8,206 bases of DNA from Octopus sinensis (Eukaryota), in assembly GCF_006345805.1 (NCBI RefSeq), contig NW_021829075.1, positions 1 to 8,206 of the forward strand, read 5' to 3'. The notes below the pieces were generated by a model. The model saw only the letters and a program-made list of their open reading frames with translations, did not search any database and was not told the DNA's origin. Shown one piece after another: positions 7,621 through 8,206 of the stretch (position 1 is its first letter; every line of letters begins with the position of its first letter). Made by a program: the position numbers and the translations under genes.

Positions 7621-8014
7621 ACTCTTTACTCTTTTACTTGTTTCAGTCATTTGACTGCGGCCATGCTGGAGCACCGCCTTTAGTCGAGCAAATCGACCCC
7701 GGGACTTATTCTTTGTAAGCGCAGTACTTATTCTATCGGTCTCTTTTGCCGAACCGCTAAGTGACGGGGACGTAAACACACCAGCATCGGTGGACAAACA
7801 CACATAGGGGGACAAACACACACACACATACTCATATATATATATATACATATATACGACAGGCTTCTTTCAGTTTCCGTCTACCAAATCCACTCACAAG
7901 GCATTGGTCGGCCCGGGGCTATAGCAAAAGACACTTGCCCAAGATACCACGCAGTGGGACTGAACCCGGAACCATGTGGTTGGTTAGCAAGCTACTTACC
8001 ACACAGCCACCCCT
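7621..8014 (-). mobile_element. Essentially complete SINE family B (head 8014-7856, internal CA/TA microsatellite, tail 7790-7621) with candidate TSD
   Basis: Minus-strand A-box TGGCTGTGTGG at 8009-7999, B-box GGTTCAGTCCC at 7966-7956, CORE-like CTTGGGCAAGTGTCTT. An identical ATAAATATATAATATATAT lies at 7602-7620 and 8015-8033. Confidence 0.9.
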
Positions 8015-8206
8015 ATAAATATATAATATATATATTTAAATATATAATATATATATAGGCTCGGTGAAGCAAATAGGAAAAGTGAAGCACGTAAATAATG
8101 AATATATGTATATTTCTCTTATTAATAATTTGGCAGAAGCGACAGAGTGACTCAAGGGCCGAGAGTTTCGTGTGTTAGCATTTGTCAAACTTAGTGCATT
8201 GGCACT

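Overview
Eukaryotic, AT-rich, microsatellite-dense non-coding DNA (intergenic or intronic), most likely from an octopus. That assignment rests on my recollection of abundant Octopus SINE sequences, not on a database search. No protein-coding gene is supported; the listed ORFs are mostly microsatellite or SINE read-throughs. The window contains several tRNA-derived SINEs, a ~1.47-kb tandem duplication bounded by (TA)n tracts, a ~260-bp foldback (MITE-like) element and a degenerate 23-bp minisatellite. The most notable signal is three minimal type I hammerhead ribozyme (HHR) motifs from two unrelated sequence families: 6800-6834 on +, and 2550-2592 plus a 1-nt-shorter copy at 1080-1121 on -. In both families the predicted cleavage site lies ~100 nt upstream of an element end that abuts a (TA)n tract. 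This suggests non-autonomous Penelope-like or retrozyme-type retroelements that target (TA)n.
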